Source: Azolla caroliniana (Eukaryota > Plantae > Polypodiophyta). From it: 64,000 nt of DNA. A program made the translations under genes and the position numbers. The notes beneath the pieces were generated by a model that was not told the DNA's origin, ran no database searches, and worked only from the letters and a program-made list of their open reading frames with translations. Positions 12,653 to 23,845 of the stretch are shown one piece after another. Position 1 is the first letter of the stretch. Each line of letters opens with the position of its first letter. The stretch covers positions 13,206,001-13,270,000 of the forward strand of contig JBHGNT010000007.1 of assembly GCA_043228905.1 (NCBI GenBank), read 5' to 3'.

Positions 12653-15600
12653 TTGCAACTGGTACCACGGTTCACGGAAGGACTAAAGACCGAAAGGACG
12701 GCAACTGACACACCACCGGCTCCGGCATTCTTTTCAAATCCGGAGGAAGGACCGGAAGTGGTGGACACAAGCAATCTAGCAATCACAGCCATCGTGAAGG
12801 GAAAAGAGCTACCCGGCACGATTATCGATGGAGGATCCGACGTGAACGTGATCAGCCTCCGAATGTGTAACACGCTAGGAATCCAAGACTGGGAACCGTG
12901 TCCGTTTTGGCTTCGGATGGCGGACACTAGCTCAGTACGGCCGACCGAACTAATTCGCAATCTGGAAGTGACCATCGAGGGTCACACATTTCGCATTTCC
13001 GCAGTAGTTCTCCAGCTACAAGCTCAGGGAGCTTACCCACTATTGTTGGGACAGCCCTGGTTAAAAACGGCACACATAAAGCAAAACTGGAGAAAGAACA
13101 TAATTACGTTCCAGTGTGGAAAAGTGAAAGTACGAGTACTGACTCAACCACAATACGGTACCGGCAAGGAATCAACGCCACTATATGTGGAATGTCTTAA
13201 CATGCTGGAAGGATTGGCGGACGAAGAGGTCGATCAATACTTACAAGAAAATCCGAAGATCGTACCTCTGTTCAAGATTGATGTAGCCGAAGCAGTATCA
13301 CCGTACATACTGCAACCGGACGAGACCGACGAGGAACCAGATAAAGAGGCAATCCGGGAATTACGGCAAGCACAAGAGGCACTGGAAAAAGAAATGGCAG
13401 TATCACAGCATGTGAAAGCATCCCAACTAGAAGAGGTAAACCTAGGTACCACAGAGGACACAAGACCGGTGCACATCGCCAAGGAAATGACTTCGAAGAA
13501 CAAAACGGCAATGATCACACTCCTAAAAGAATTTCGCGATGTGTTCGCCTGGTTCTACGAAGACATGCTGGGAATCGATCCTCAGTTATATCAACACCAA
13601 ATACATCTGAGCAAAGGCACCAAACCGGTAGCGCAACGGCGTTACCGGATGATCCCGAATTACACAGCAAAGGTCAAAGAAGAAATCGACAAGTTGCTGA
13701 GAGTGGGCTTCATCCGACCGGTAAAGAAAGCCACATGGCTCAGCTTGATAGTGGTAGTACCCAAAAAGAACGGTAAGATCAGAGTGTGCGTCGACTACCG
13801 GAAATTGAATGCAGCTACGGTAACGGACGCCTTCCCACTTCCATTCACGGATAGAGTCCTGGATGCGGTCGCCGGTCATAAGGTGTATAGTTTTTTGGAT
13901 GGTTTCAGCAGCTATAATCAGATCCGGATGCACCCCGCCGACCAGGAGAAAACCGCTTTTGTCACCGAATGGGGAGTCTTTGTTGCCATAGTGATGATGT
14001 TTGGACTGAAAACGGCACCGACAACCTTCCAACGGATCATCATGGAAATTTTCGGGGAATTCATTCCGGCATTCATGCATGTGTTTTTGGATGACGTCGT
14101 TGTTTATAGCCAGGAAGGGGATCACCTTCAGCACCTCCGACTATGCCTAGAAAAATGTAGGGTTTACCGACTAAGCCTGAACCCGGCAAAATGCGTGTTC
14201 GGAGTAACCAGCGGAGCGTTACTAGGCCACGTAGTCAGCAAGGACGGTATCACAGTGGATCTAGACAAAGTAAAAACAATCTTGGAGGCACCGGCACCAG
14301 CCACGACAAAGGCACTAAGCCAGTTCTTAGGACAAATTCGGTGGCATAGCCGAATGCTCCGGTATCTGGCAGACCTGGCTACACCACTGCATGCCGCAGT
14401 ACATCGGACACCGTTCCGATGGACGGACACAGAAGACCAGGCTTACCGGGCACTAAAAGTACTGTTGTCACAAGCGCCGGTGGTGCAACCTCTAGATTGG
14501 TCCAAAGAGTTCCATGTGTTTGTGGACGCATCCAACATTGCAATTGGGAGCGCACTGATGCAACTGACAGAACCAAAATGGTACCGGCCAGTCTATTATG
14601 CCAGCCGGAAGTTGTCCCAAGCGGAACGTAATTATTCCACGACAGAAAGGGAGGCTTTGGGAATGATCTATAGTGTCACCAAGTTTAGACACTATCTGTT
14701 GGGAAGGAAATTTTCCTTTCATGTAGATCATTCGGTGCTTCTCTATTTGGTGTCCAAAGCATCACTCACTAGTAAGCTGGCCCGGTGGACGTTACTACTG
14801 CAAGAATTCGAGTTCGAGATATTCCACCGACCCGGCATACAGCATGCGGTAGCGGACTATTTAAGCCGGCTAGATTTCGGCGAAACCGGTGTCGGAGTCC
14901 CAGACAACTTTCCGGATGTAGAGCTGTTTAGGGTCACAGCAGAAACGGCAACAGACAGTTTGGTCGTAGAGGAAGACAAGTGGCTCACCAATATGCACCA
15001 ATTTCTGAGCACCGGTTTATCTCCGGAGGAAATGAACAGAGACGAAAGGAAACGCTTAGCGGTTCAAAGCCGACACTTCTGCCTATTGCAGGACACACTG
15101 TACCACAAAGGTGCAGATGGCATATGGCGGTGTGCAGTGCGCAGTGACGAAAAGGAAGTAATATTGTGCGAAGCACACTGCGGCGTGGCCGGGGGACATT
15201 ATGCCGGAGACGCTATGGCAAGGAAAATATGGCAAAGTGGACTATGGTGGACGACAACATTGAAAGATGCAATCCGGTACGCTAAAGAATGCGACCTATG
15301 TCAACGAATGGGGCAACCAACCGAACAAGCCAGAATGCCTCACCAGCCTGTGCTACCGTTAGAACCATTTCAAAAATGGGGGCTAGATTTTGTCGGTCCG
15401 TTCAAACCACCCGCAATGAGAACCGACAACCGGTACGTGATCGTCGCTACGGATTACTGCACGAAATGGGTGGAAGCGAAAGAACTACGCGACAACACCG
15501 TGACATCCATGACAAAATTTTTATATGAATGCATTTGGTGCCGATATGGATGTCCGATAGAGCTCATAAGTGACCAAGGTGGGCACTTCTTAGGGCAAGT

Positions 15601-16370
15601 AGTGGAAAGTTTGACGACATTTTATGAGGTGGTGCACAAACAGCACTCCCTATTATCCGCAAGCCAACGGATTAGTAGAGTCAACAAATAAAACACTACA
15701 GAATATCCTGCGAAAAATCGTCAATGAGAACCGGACAGATTGGGATACAAAGTTGCACAGTGCACTCTAGGCCTACCGAACGGCATATAAAACAAGTATC
15801 CACACAACACCGTTTCGCTTAGCATTCAGATTAGAAGCAGTGATGCTGATAGAGTTCCAGGTCCCGAGTTTACGAATACAGATTCGGGAACGCCTAAATG
15901 AGAAGGAATCGGAAGCTATCCGGTTAAACGCATTGTGCGAATTGGAAGAACACCGGCTAGCCAACATCATGCATCTAGAACTAGAGAAGCGGTGAAGGAA
16001 GGCGTTCGTGGATCGTCACCAAAAAGGGAACGAAAAGATGTTCGGCATCGGTATGCCGGTACTCGTGTTCTAGACCCGGATGGGTAAGATGCCGGGAAAG
16101 CTACGGTTTCGGTGGACTAGACCATACTGGATTACGCATGAGTTCAACGGTTCCTACCAATTAGGGACACTCGCCGGCGAGGTTCTGGGTAAATGGGTCA
16201 ATGGGTTTCGACTCAAACCATACAATGGACCCGTGCCAAGAAACCCATTTGAACAAGTGAAGGGCAACACAGAACTGGACACCGGTAAGTCGGAAGCGCC
16301 GGCAAGCGGTCCAACGTCTGGCAAGGATCACAATCCGGATAGGGGTTCAGTGGGACCGGTTGCTAATTAG
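12653..16370 (+). pseudogene. pol: pol of C (protease, RT, RNase H, integrase with GPY/F), frameshift and stops after ~15640
   Basis: 1012-aa ORF with IIDGGSDVN, CVDYRKLN, FLDD, VDASN..TEREALG, H..H..C..C, WGLDFVGP; KLRFRWTRPY C-terminus. Confidence 0.95.
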
Positions 16371-16781
16371 CAAAACCATTTATTAAAAAATAAAAATAAT
16401 AATGAAAAAATAAAAAAGTAAAATCAAATCAAATCAAAGTAAATCATGCAAGGGCAAGGGGTGAACGGACACATGCAAAAAGAAGGAGTGAACAGGCACT
16501 TTGAAAAGGTACGTAGTGCGCTATTAATAGGGTATTAAACCGCCGCCACAATGGCACATCATTCTATTTTAGTACACGACGTGCACATGCGCGAGTAATG
16601 AAAAAAAAAAACAGGCGCCAACATGCAACAAGAAGACCCCCGCCACATAGAAACCCTCACATTTCGCGAACAAAGGAGCACAACCGCAGACAGGCGATTG
16701 AAGATTAGCAGACGCAAACCCACCCACACAGAGACTCCTCACACATAACCCTCACCAGCGCTCACCGACCTCGACGAAGCC

Positions 16782-19490
16782 ATGGACTGCCAAGCACTCT
16801 CTGAAGCAGCCAAGAAGTGGCTAAGGCAACACGGCTTAGAGGGTTTTCTCACAATCATGGAGGCACCACCGCACCAGGAGGCGGAGAAGATAATTAAAGA
16901 AATCGACACGGAGCTGATTGGCCTTTCGGAAGGGGGAATCTTCACTATCGACAACCCTACCCCAGAACAGCTCCGAAAATACTTTGGGGAATACTCTTTG
17001 GCAAGCAAGGCCTACCGGACACAGGGCGGCAAAGATCCTCTCTTTCGAGAGATTGCCCGGGTGCTCCATGAGTTCGGACATGTATACCCTCGACCCCCCT
17101 GCATGCCCCAGAACCGGGCCGGCTTAATCATAGTCACATATGAAGGCGTGAAGGTGGACTGGGCGGTACTGATTGTGGATGGCCTCTGTGCGGCCATCGA
17201 CTCTTTCAGAGGCAAAGAGGATCGGAAGATATGGACGGCGGTGGCGCAATGGCTCACTCTATTGGTGCCACCCATCGAGCCCGTCAAGACCACGAAGCGC
17301 GGAAGAACAACGGAAGGCACCCCGAAAATGGCCTCTAAACGGCAACAGCTATTGGCATCGAAGGCAACCAAAAGGAATGCGGCCGACACGGACCAAGCGG
17401 CAAAGGAGCGCGCCAACAGGAAGCGGCAGGCGGAAACGCAGGAGGAGCCACCGGTGCGGCCAATCAAGATCAAGCTTAGCCGACCGGTTCAACAAGCGTC
17501 GAACCCCTTGGTAGCAAAAATCAACATCGGGACTAAGGAGGAGGAAACGGAGGAGGAACCATTAGAGCAACTCCAGTGGCGCCAGAAGGCAAGCACATCC
17601 GAACATGCAGGGGAGCGTTCGGACCCAAAGAAGGATGGAACGCCTGTACCCCACCCTGAGCAGCCCACACCAAGGATGGAACCGGAACCGGTTCGAACAG
17701 AACCGGCCACAGAGCCCCCTGCACAACAACCTCTACCGGCGGGTCAGGATATTGCAAGACCCGATATGCAAGCATTGGAAGTACAGTTGCCGACCCCACC
17801 AGCAGGCCAAGAGCATTCAGCGGCAGAGCGGCCAACAGAGCCGCAACCAGAATGGCAAAGTGATCACCAACAAGAGCCAGAGTTGCAGCTCGATGCAACT
17901 GGACAAAACCAACCACTGACTAGCAACACCAACAGCCAACCCTCCGGGCAGATGCAACAATAGGGCACCGGCAGCCAATGGCTCTGGTAGATTGGAGAAC
18001 AGATTGCCGGAGTGGTACACTACATAGAGGCAGAAGAGAAAGCGCAGATGGACCGGTTGCTCGTCACAACCAGAGAACTAGAGACGGCCCGGTCAAGGAT
18101 CCGGAGCCTAGAACAAGACTTGGACCTGACCACAGAAGAATTGGTCAAAATGGCCTTAACCAGACCACAGCTCCAAGCATCGCTGACCCCGGTCGATGTA
18201 CAGAATAAAGAAGCACTAGCACCTGTACATAGAAATAAGACCCCGAAGATGGAAACAATCCCGGAGATAGTGGCGGCGCAAGCAAAAGAGCTTGCTGAAT
18301 TAAGAGATGAATTGGCTGCACAGGAAGCATTACGCACCCGAAAGTGGGACTTGAAGAAAGCGGCAGAAGAAGAGCAACGAAAGACTACTGAGAACCTCCG
18401 CCGGGCAGAAGAGAATCTGCGAAAAGGACATCAAGCCTACAACTGGCTAAAGGAGGAGAAAGAGAAGGTGCTACAAGAAAAGGAGAAGTTGTGACGGATG
18501 GCGCAAACAGAGATCGAAAGGCTGAAAGAAGAACTCTGACAACTAAACCAATAGCTGAAGCAAAAAACCGATGATTTTGAGCACCTACACCAGGACTACA
18601 AGAACTTGGATACGGAGCATAGGAAACAGCTGGAGAAGATGGCAGAGCTCGGGCAGGAGGTACATCGGGTTGAGACGGCGCTGGCAAAGGAACGGGCTGA
18701 AAGAACCACGTTGCTGGAGGAAGCCGCGCAAGAACAGATGGAGCTGCATAAGCAGCATTATGAAGAGAAGGAAAGAGCAATGATGATCTTGCAAAGGCTG
18801 TAGAACACTTATCAAACCCAACTGTCACATTACCGGGAGCAGGAGGTGGATACGATGGCACTCATCAAGCAGTTGAAGGACGAATGGCAAGCCGCGGAGG
18901 ACAAATCAAAGATGGGATTGGAGCGGATCCAGTTCATTGTCCAGGCATGGAGGAACAAGACCAAGCGCTTGATTGACGAAAGCTCCGCGCAATGGTGGGA
19001 CAAATGGGCAAAGCACACAACCGAGCTCCAGTTGCTACGGGCAGACGTGAAAAACCGGCAGAAGGATGGTGACGACTGCTACATGCTAACGAAGGACTTC
19101 ACTGTCGTCAGAGAAGAGTTAGCCAAAGATTTTATAACTCTGGTGGAGCAAGCAACAATGGTCCGGCAACTTGTAGCCTAGCTAGATGATGATCGACTGG
19201 CTGCACAAATCCAGTTTGAGAGCTATGAGCGGACCAGGCTACGGAGAGAAGAAGCAAAGCAGGCGGCGACCGTCAACCTCAACGATGAGGAGCCATCACC
19301 GGAGCAAGGACCGGACGGAGACAAGGCCGGGATGAGTCAACCAGAGTCAAATCCGGCGGAGCAGCTAACGGAGGAATCACCGCCACAACCACTGGTACCA
19401 GGAGCCGAATAGACGGCAGCTCAGGAGCAATAGTCGGAGGAGCCGTAGCAACATCAGCCACAACAGCAACAACAACAACAACCGAATTCT
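16782..19490 (+). pseudogene. Additional sense ORF of C between pol and the 3' LTR (globular N-terminus, P/E/Q-rich linker, long coiled coil)
   Basis: ORF pieces 16782-17963, 18012-18494, 18606-18803 and 18846-19181 are in one frame, separated by stops; heptad-rich E/K/L/A composition. Confidence 0.75.
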
Positions 19491-19581
19491 GAACAACCAT
19501 TGGATACCCTAGAGCAGAGTATTCTAGACATCTTGGATGAAGGCTAAGGGCGGGATAGTGGGATTCGACGTACAAGGTACT

Positions 19582-19598
19582 GTCCCACGGGCGTGCCA
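19582..19598 (-). promoter_or_regulatory. Reverse-oriented tRNA-Arg(UCU) PBS / sense tRNA 3' end with CCA at the position of the PPT
   Basis: GTCCCACGGGCGTGCCA followed by TG and then the LTR start TGTTACCC; recalled plant Arg-UCU 3' end is GTCCCACTGGGCGTGCCA. Confidence 0.75.
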
Positions 19599-19600
19599 TG

Positions 19601-20047
19601 TGTTACCCGGCCGGCAAAGGAGCAGAGACCAGAATGTGAAACGGAGGGTTATTCGGAATATATTTAATTAAGTAGATTAGATTATAATTATGTAGTGAAC
19701 GGACGGACCAGAATCGGTATGCCGATCCGGATTCGGACCGATTCCGAACAGGTGCCGGTTGGCACCATTTTGTACGCAGCACCGGTGACCTATATAAAGG
19801 CCCGGTTACAATGTATAACTTTAACGGAGAATTAATATAAGCTTCTTGTTTTATCTTCACTTATTGATTACCGTTCTGAATTAATTGTTATATCTTACGC
19901 GTGTATTAAGTGTATGCCTTATTGCTAAGTAGCTAATTAAGTCGAAGTAATCGTTGTGTCTTAAGTTATCTCGCCGTAATACCCTTTGGTGAAGTGTCTT
20001 TCGGAGACACCCTGTGTTAGGCCATTGTCCGGCCCTAAGGATTAACA
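19601..20047 (+). repeat. 3' LTR of C
   Basis: About 96% identical to 10104-10550 and followed by the TSD ATTCC. Confidence 0.97.
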
Positions 20048-20357
20048 ATTCCCCCCAGGTCCGGCATCCAGCCTACACCCCGAGCACCTATGCATGGATG
20101 CCCAGTGTCGCTACCTAGGGAAACCCAGCCAGACGCCTCTCCTCCGGGATGTCCCTCATTACCATTTCGGCCCGGTAGGCCACCAAATAACTCGTGGCGT
20201 CCTTCCCATCGAACCGGCCTATTGTACCGAGAATTGCTTCAATGGCCCTGTCGAGGGCGCATGTGCCCTCGCGAGCACTTACTATCCGATCAACTGCCAC
20301 CGCCATGGCTTCGGCAACCTCTGATCCCCTGATTTTGTATTCCTCTACCGCCTTGAT

Positions 20358-20375
20358 TTCATGTCGGGTTCACCA
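20358..20375 (-). promoter_or_regulatory. PBS of B complementary to tRNA-Trp
   Basis: TGGTGAACCCGACATGAA versus recalled plant tRNA-Trp 3' end (17/18); 6-nt spacer from the LTR. Confidence 0.8.
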
Positions 20376-20381
20376 AATTGT

Positions 20382-20998
20382 TGTCGTGTTATTACGCTCA
20401 CGCGTATGGAAAAAGGCGGGACCACGGGGGCCCTGAACCGAGGAGTGCGAGAGAGAAGAGGAAGAGAGATTGGCAGAAACACGGAGAGACAGAAACGAAA
20501 GAATCAATTCCAATAACAGTATAGCTTACAGAGCTTGCAATGTTACAACCGGCAAACTGGTGACAGACGAACACGTGCGTTGAAGTACGTGGTGGAGCCT
20601 CTACCAGAAGCACGCGGGCCTTCACGCAGCAGAGGCAACCAACTTGACCCAAAATCCCTGCAGAAACAACAACGATGGTGGAGGAGAGACCTCGGTTCCC
20701 AGTCCGACGGCACTTCGTCCTCACATAAACGTGCGATCCCTCACTCAACCCTTTTCCTCTCCTTTTATAGCACAAGGAGAGAGAGACGTTACAGACTGTT
20801 ACATCACTTTTATTCTCTGTTCTAGCAGACAAAGATCCTCTTCGATTCCCTACCTAAATGCATTCGTGCTACCTAGGATAATTACATCGCCTACCTATTC
20901 CTAACTATGTGCATACATCAAAACATGTGCCCATGTGTAAGGGCTGGTTTACGCACACTATCCACCGATTCCTCCTAGGAACGGTTTTCTTCACGACA
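20382..20998 (-). repeat. 5' LTR of B
   Basis: TGTCGTG...CACGACA 7-bp inverted termini, adjacent PBS, minus-strand CTATAAAAGG near 20761-20770. Confidence 0.88.
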
Positions 20999-21343
20999 CC
21001 GTTCAATTTGTCCATGGATTGAGAATGATATGTGGAACTCATTTCAAATTTGTTTCCAGCTACCTAAAGACACGAGTCCAAAGTCACTAGTAAACTTGGA
21101 ATCTCGATCACTAACAATATCCATTGGTAATCCATAAAAATGAAATCACTCATCAACCATTTGACCAACCAACTATTGAGTGATTATCATGTCTTTTGTA
21201 GGAATAAATCTAGCCAATTTCGTTACTGTATTAACTACAACCCAAATGTTAAGCGCTTGGATCGCACCACGACTGGTAATGAAGAAGAGCGCATCAACAA
21301 GGACATAGTATGGTATGTGGTCCAGGTAAAGAATGCACAGTTA

Positions 21344-23845
21344 TAGATGTAAATATATGATCTTCAATGGTGGGATATGATCTTGTGGGCAATACCCAGA
21401 TATGCAGGACCTACAAAGAGGGAATGGCAAGAGGAAAGAGGGCTAAGGGACACCCAAGTGTGAAAGGTCCATACCCTAAATGTAAATGCTATATAAACCA
21501 CATGGTGGTGGCTTTGTAAGGGTCCTTCCATTTGTAAAGATCTCCCTATTGATTAAGAGTTAGAGCTTCCTCTCCTCCTTCTTGTAACCTTTAATCTTAA
21601 GAGAGATTAGTGAAGTGTTTAGTTAGAGAACACTAATCTCTCTTCCTTGTTGCTGCTAGACCTCTTAGCAAAGAGGGTTAATAACATATTCATTACTCTT
21701 ATTGTCTATATTCATTACCCTATTGTCTATGAGAGTGAGCTTGAGAGAGTGAGAGAGATATCATGCTTAATCATCTATGAATCGTTAAGTGAGTGTGAGG
21801 CTCGGAGGTGTCCAACAACCATCTCCGCCGAATTCGCCATCAAAAGGGTATACGCCAGTCTGAACTCCGCAAATGACATCGAGGAGTTAACTCCATCGAT
21901 ACATAGATCTTACCCATCTATTTGGCACCGCTGCCGGGGACACGACCGACGCTTGAAGCCAATTTCGAGTGGTCAAACACTCATAGGAAACCCACTTAAC
22001 GAGGGAAGAAATCGAAAGGAAACCACTATTTTCTGTTTTTTATGCTCGCTATTTCACATTTTAATTAAGTTAATTTTCTGGTTTTTTTTAGTTTTAATTT
22101 ACCCTTCCTTAATTGCCCGAACATTAGCAAGCTATTTGTCCAGTTAATGCTAAGCATTGTTGAGATTTAGCTGTTGCAGGGCAAGAATAATCACCGCAAT
22201 TCTCACTGATTATGATCATCCTACGAGACACGAAACGGCTATTGGCACCAACAAATTCAAATTTCCCACTCAAAGTTCGATAAGGGAAGCATCCTTCGAC
22301 GAAAGATCAAAGTTCACCAAACCCGCATCTTTCGACGAACCCACACCCTTCGACGAAAGATCAAAGTTTGCCAAACCCTATCTTTCAACAAACCCACATC
22401 ATTCGACGAAAGATCAAAGTTCGACAAACCCACATCTTTCGACGAAAGGTCAATGTTTGCCAAACCCACAAAGTTCGACGAAAGATCATCTTTCGACAAA
22501 ACCACAAAGCTTGACAAGAGAACATGGCCGGATCCTCATAGATAGAGATGTTCAAAACCCAACCCTCACACCAAGAGGAATCCACCCAAACCAACCAAAC
22601 GCATGGTGTTGACCCATCTAACCCGACTTGATACCACGGAGGGTGGTTAACTCTGAGGACGCTACCAAACATGAACCCGCCATCGAGCCCAGCAACTAAA
22701 GCACCTCTCAACATGCCCCTATAGGAGAGCCCTATGGCAGACCCGCTCAGCGTAGAGCAACACATACGGGATGCCGCACAGGAGTTACGGGTGATAGAAC
22801 AAGAAATTAATATATGGACGGGACGGTACAACTCGTGAAAGGAGGACAACCAAAAAGCATCACTCGAGATATCGAAGCCACTTTTGCAGAAAGGAAAGAC
22901 AAATTCGCACAAGTGCAACAAAAACTTCACCTCCTAGAAGCATCGTCACATACGCATCGTCGAGGCAGTGAGCGCAGCCCCACGCCACATTCCAGCACAA
23001 CGGGCGACAATCCAAACGAAGCCCACACGCAACGACACCCGACACCACCACGTATTGACACGACCCCTACACCCAACCAAACTTCCTCAACATCCCCAAA
23101 CATTGAACTTGCACTAGCGTTACAATCCATCCAAACCCTCGTGGCATTGATGGAAAAAAAGCGAGCACCCACGGACCATTCGAGAAACCCTACAAACGAT
23201 AGCAGGAAGAGTGCTTCCATTTCTAAACTAGTACCCCGTTTTCTCATTTTCGGTGACGCCTATGATCACGTCGAGAGGTTCAAACAGATCTGTCATGCCT
23301 ATGAACCCCTCACAGAGACCACCAAAGTAGCCGCATTTGGGCTTACACTCAATGACCAAGCCAGAATTTGGTCTAGAACCTTGAATGAGGACATCATCGC
23401 AGACTTCGAGTACGTCATCGAAGATTTCTTGATAAACTTCGCTCATCAAGGGAATAAATGGAACCCGATTGACCAACTTTTCGTCCTCAAGCAAGAAGCG
23501 AATGAGAGGTCAGGGACTACATACGCCGCACGAAAAGCATGCACCATCGTTGTAGCCCGAGCGACAAGATGTCGGATGACAAATTGATGAGCCGCTTCAT
23601 CAATGGGTTGTTCGATCCGGCGCTCCAAAATTTCCTGATTGCCAGGATGTGTCGGTCGTTCGCTGAAGCTTGCACGAAAGTGATGACCTTCGAGGATTCA
23701 ATGAGCGAGTTACGGATACCCACTCAAGCGCCTACGAACAACCATGAGAAGCCCTTGGACCCCACTCTACCCACACTATGGAGACCACCCCGTATAGAAA
23801 GACCCCAAGCATACGCCCAAAGAGAAAATGTAAGGTGTACAGTAT
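21344..23845 (+). mobile_element. Truncated gypsy element D: LTR, tRNA-Asp PBS, 5' UTR repeats and gag
   Basis: TATA at ~21490, PBS TGGCACCGCTGCCGGGGA (21923-21940), gag-like ORFs 22814-23587 and 23539-23845 (FGLTLNDQARIW, RFINGL), cut off in the zinc knuckle RCTVCR. Confidence 0.78.
22270..22515 (+). repeat. Degenerate tandem repeats (TTCGACGAAAGATCAAAG / AAACCCACA) in the 5' UTR of D
   Basis: TTCGACGAA core repeated about 8 times. Confidence 0.8.

Larger units (their letters stand above)
10104..20047 (+). mobile_element. Full-length Ty3/gypsy element C (~9.9 kb) with an extra 3' ORF
   Basis: Two 447-bp LTRs with about 19 mismatches (hand count), perfect TSD ATTCC (10099-10103, 20048-20052), gag-PR-RT-RH-INT order. 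Confidence 0.97.
4991..20998 (-). mobile_element. Ty3/gypsy element B (DHGSE protease, FLDD RT clade, tRNA-Trp PBS), interrupted by a solo LTR (6959-7421) and element C (10104-20047)
   Basis: RT GDLYSGYDQ..LPQG..FLDD (5842-6699), RNase H (5543-6037), integrase start (5018-5326), protease VDHGSEI, gag 8780-10103 resuming at 20053-20306, LTR 20382-20998. Confidence 0.9.

Noticed and set aside
16782-19490. env gene making C an endogenous retrovirus
   Set aside because: No signal peptide or transmembrane helix visible; composition is hydrophilic coiled coil.
22270-22515. Repeat array resembling a CRISPR
   Set aside because: Degenerate repeats without unique regular spacers, in a retrotransposon 5' UTR; eukaryotic context and no cas genes.
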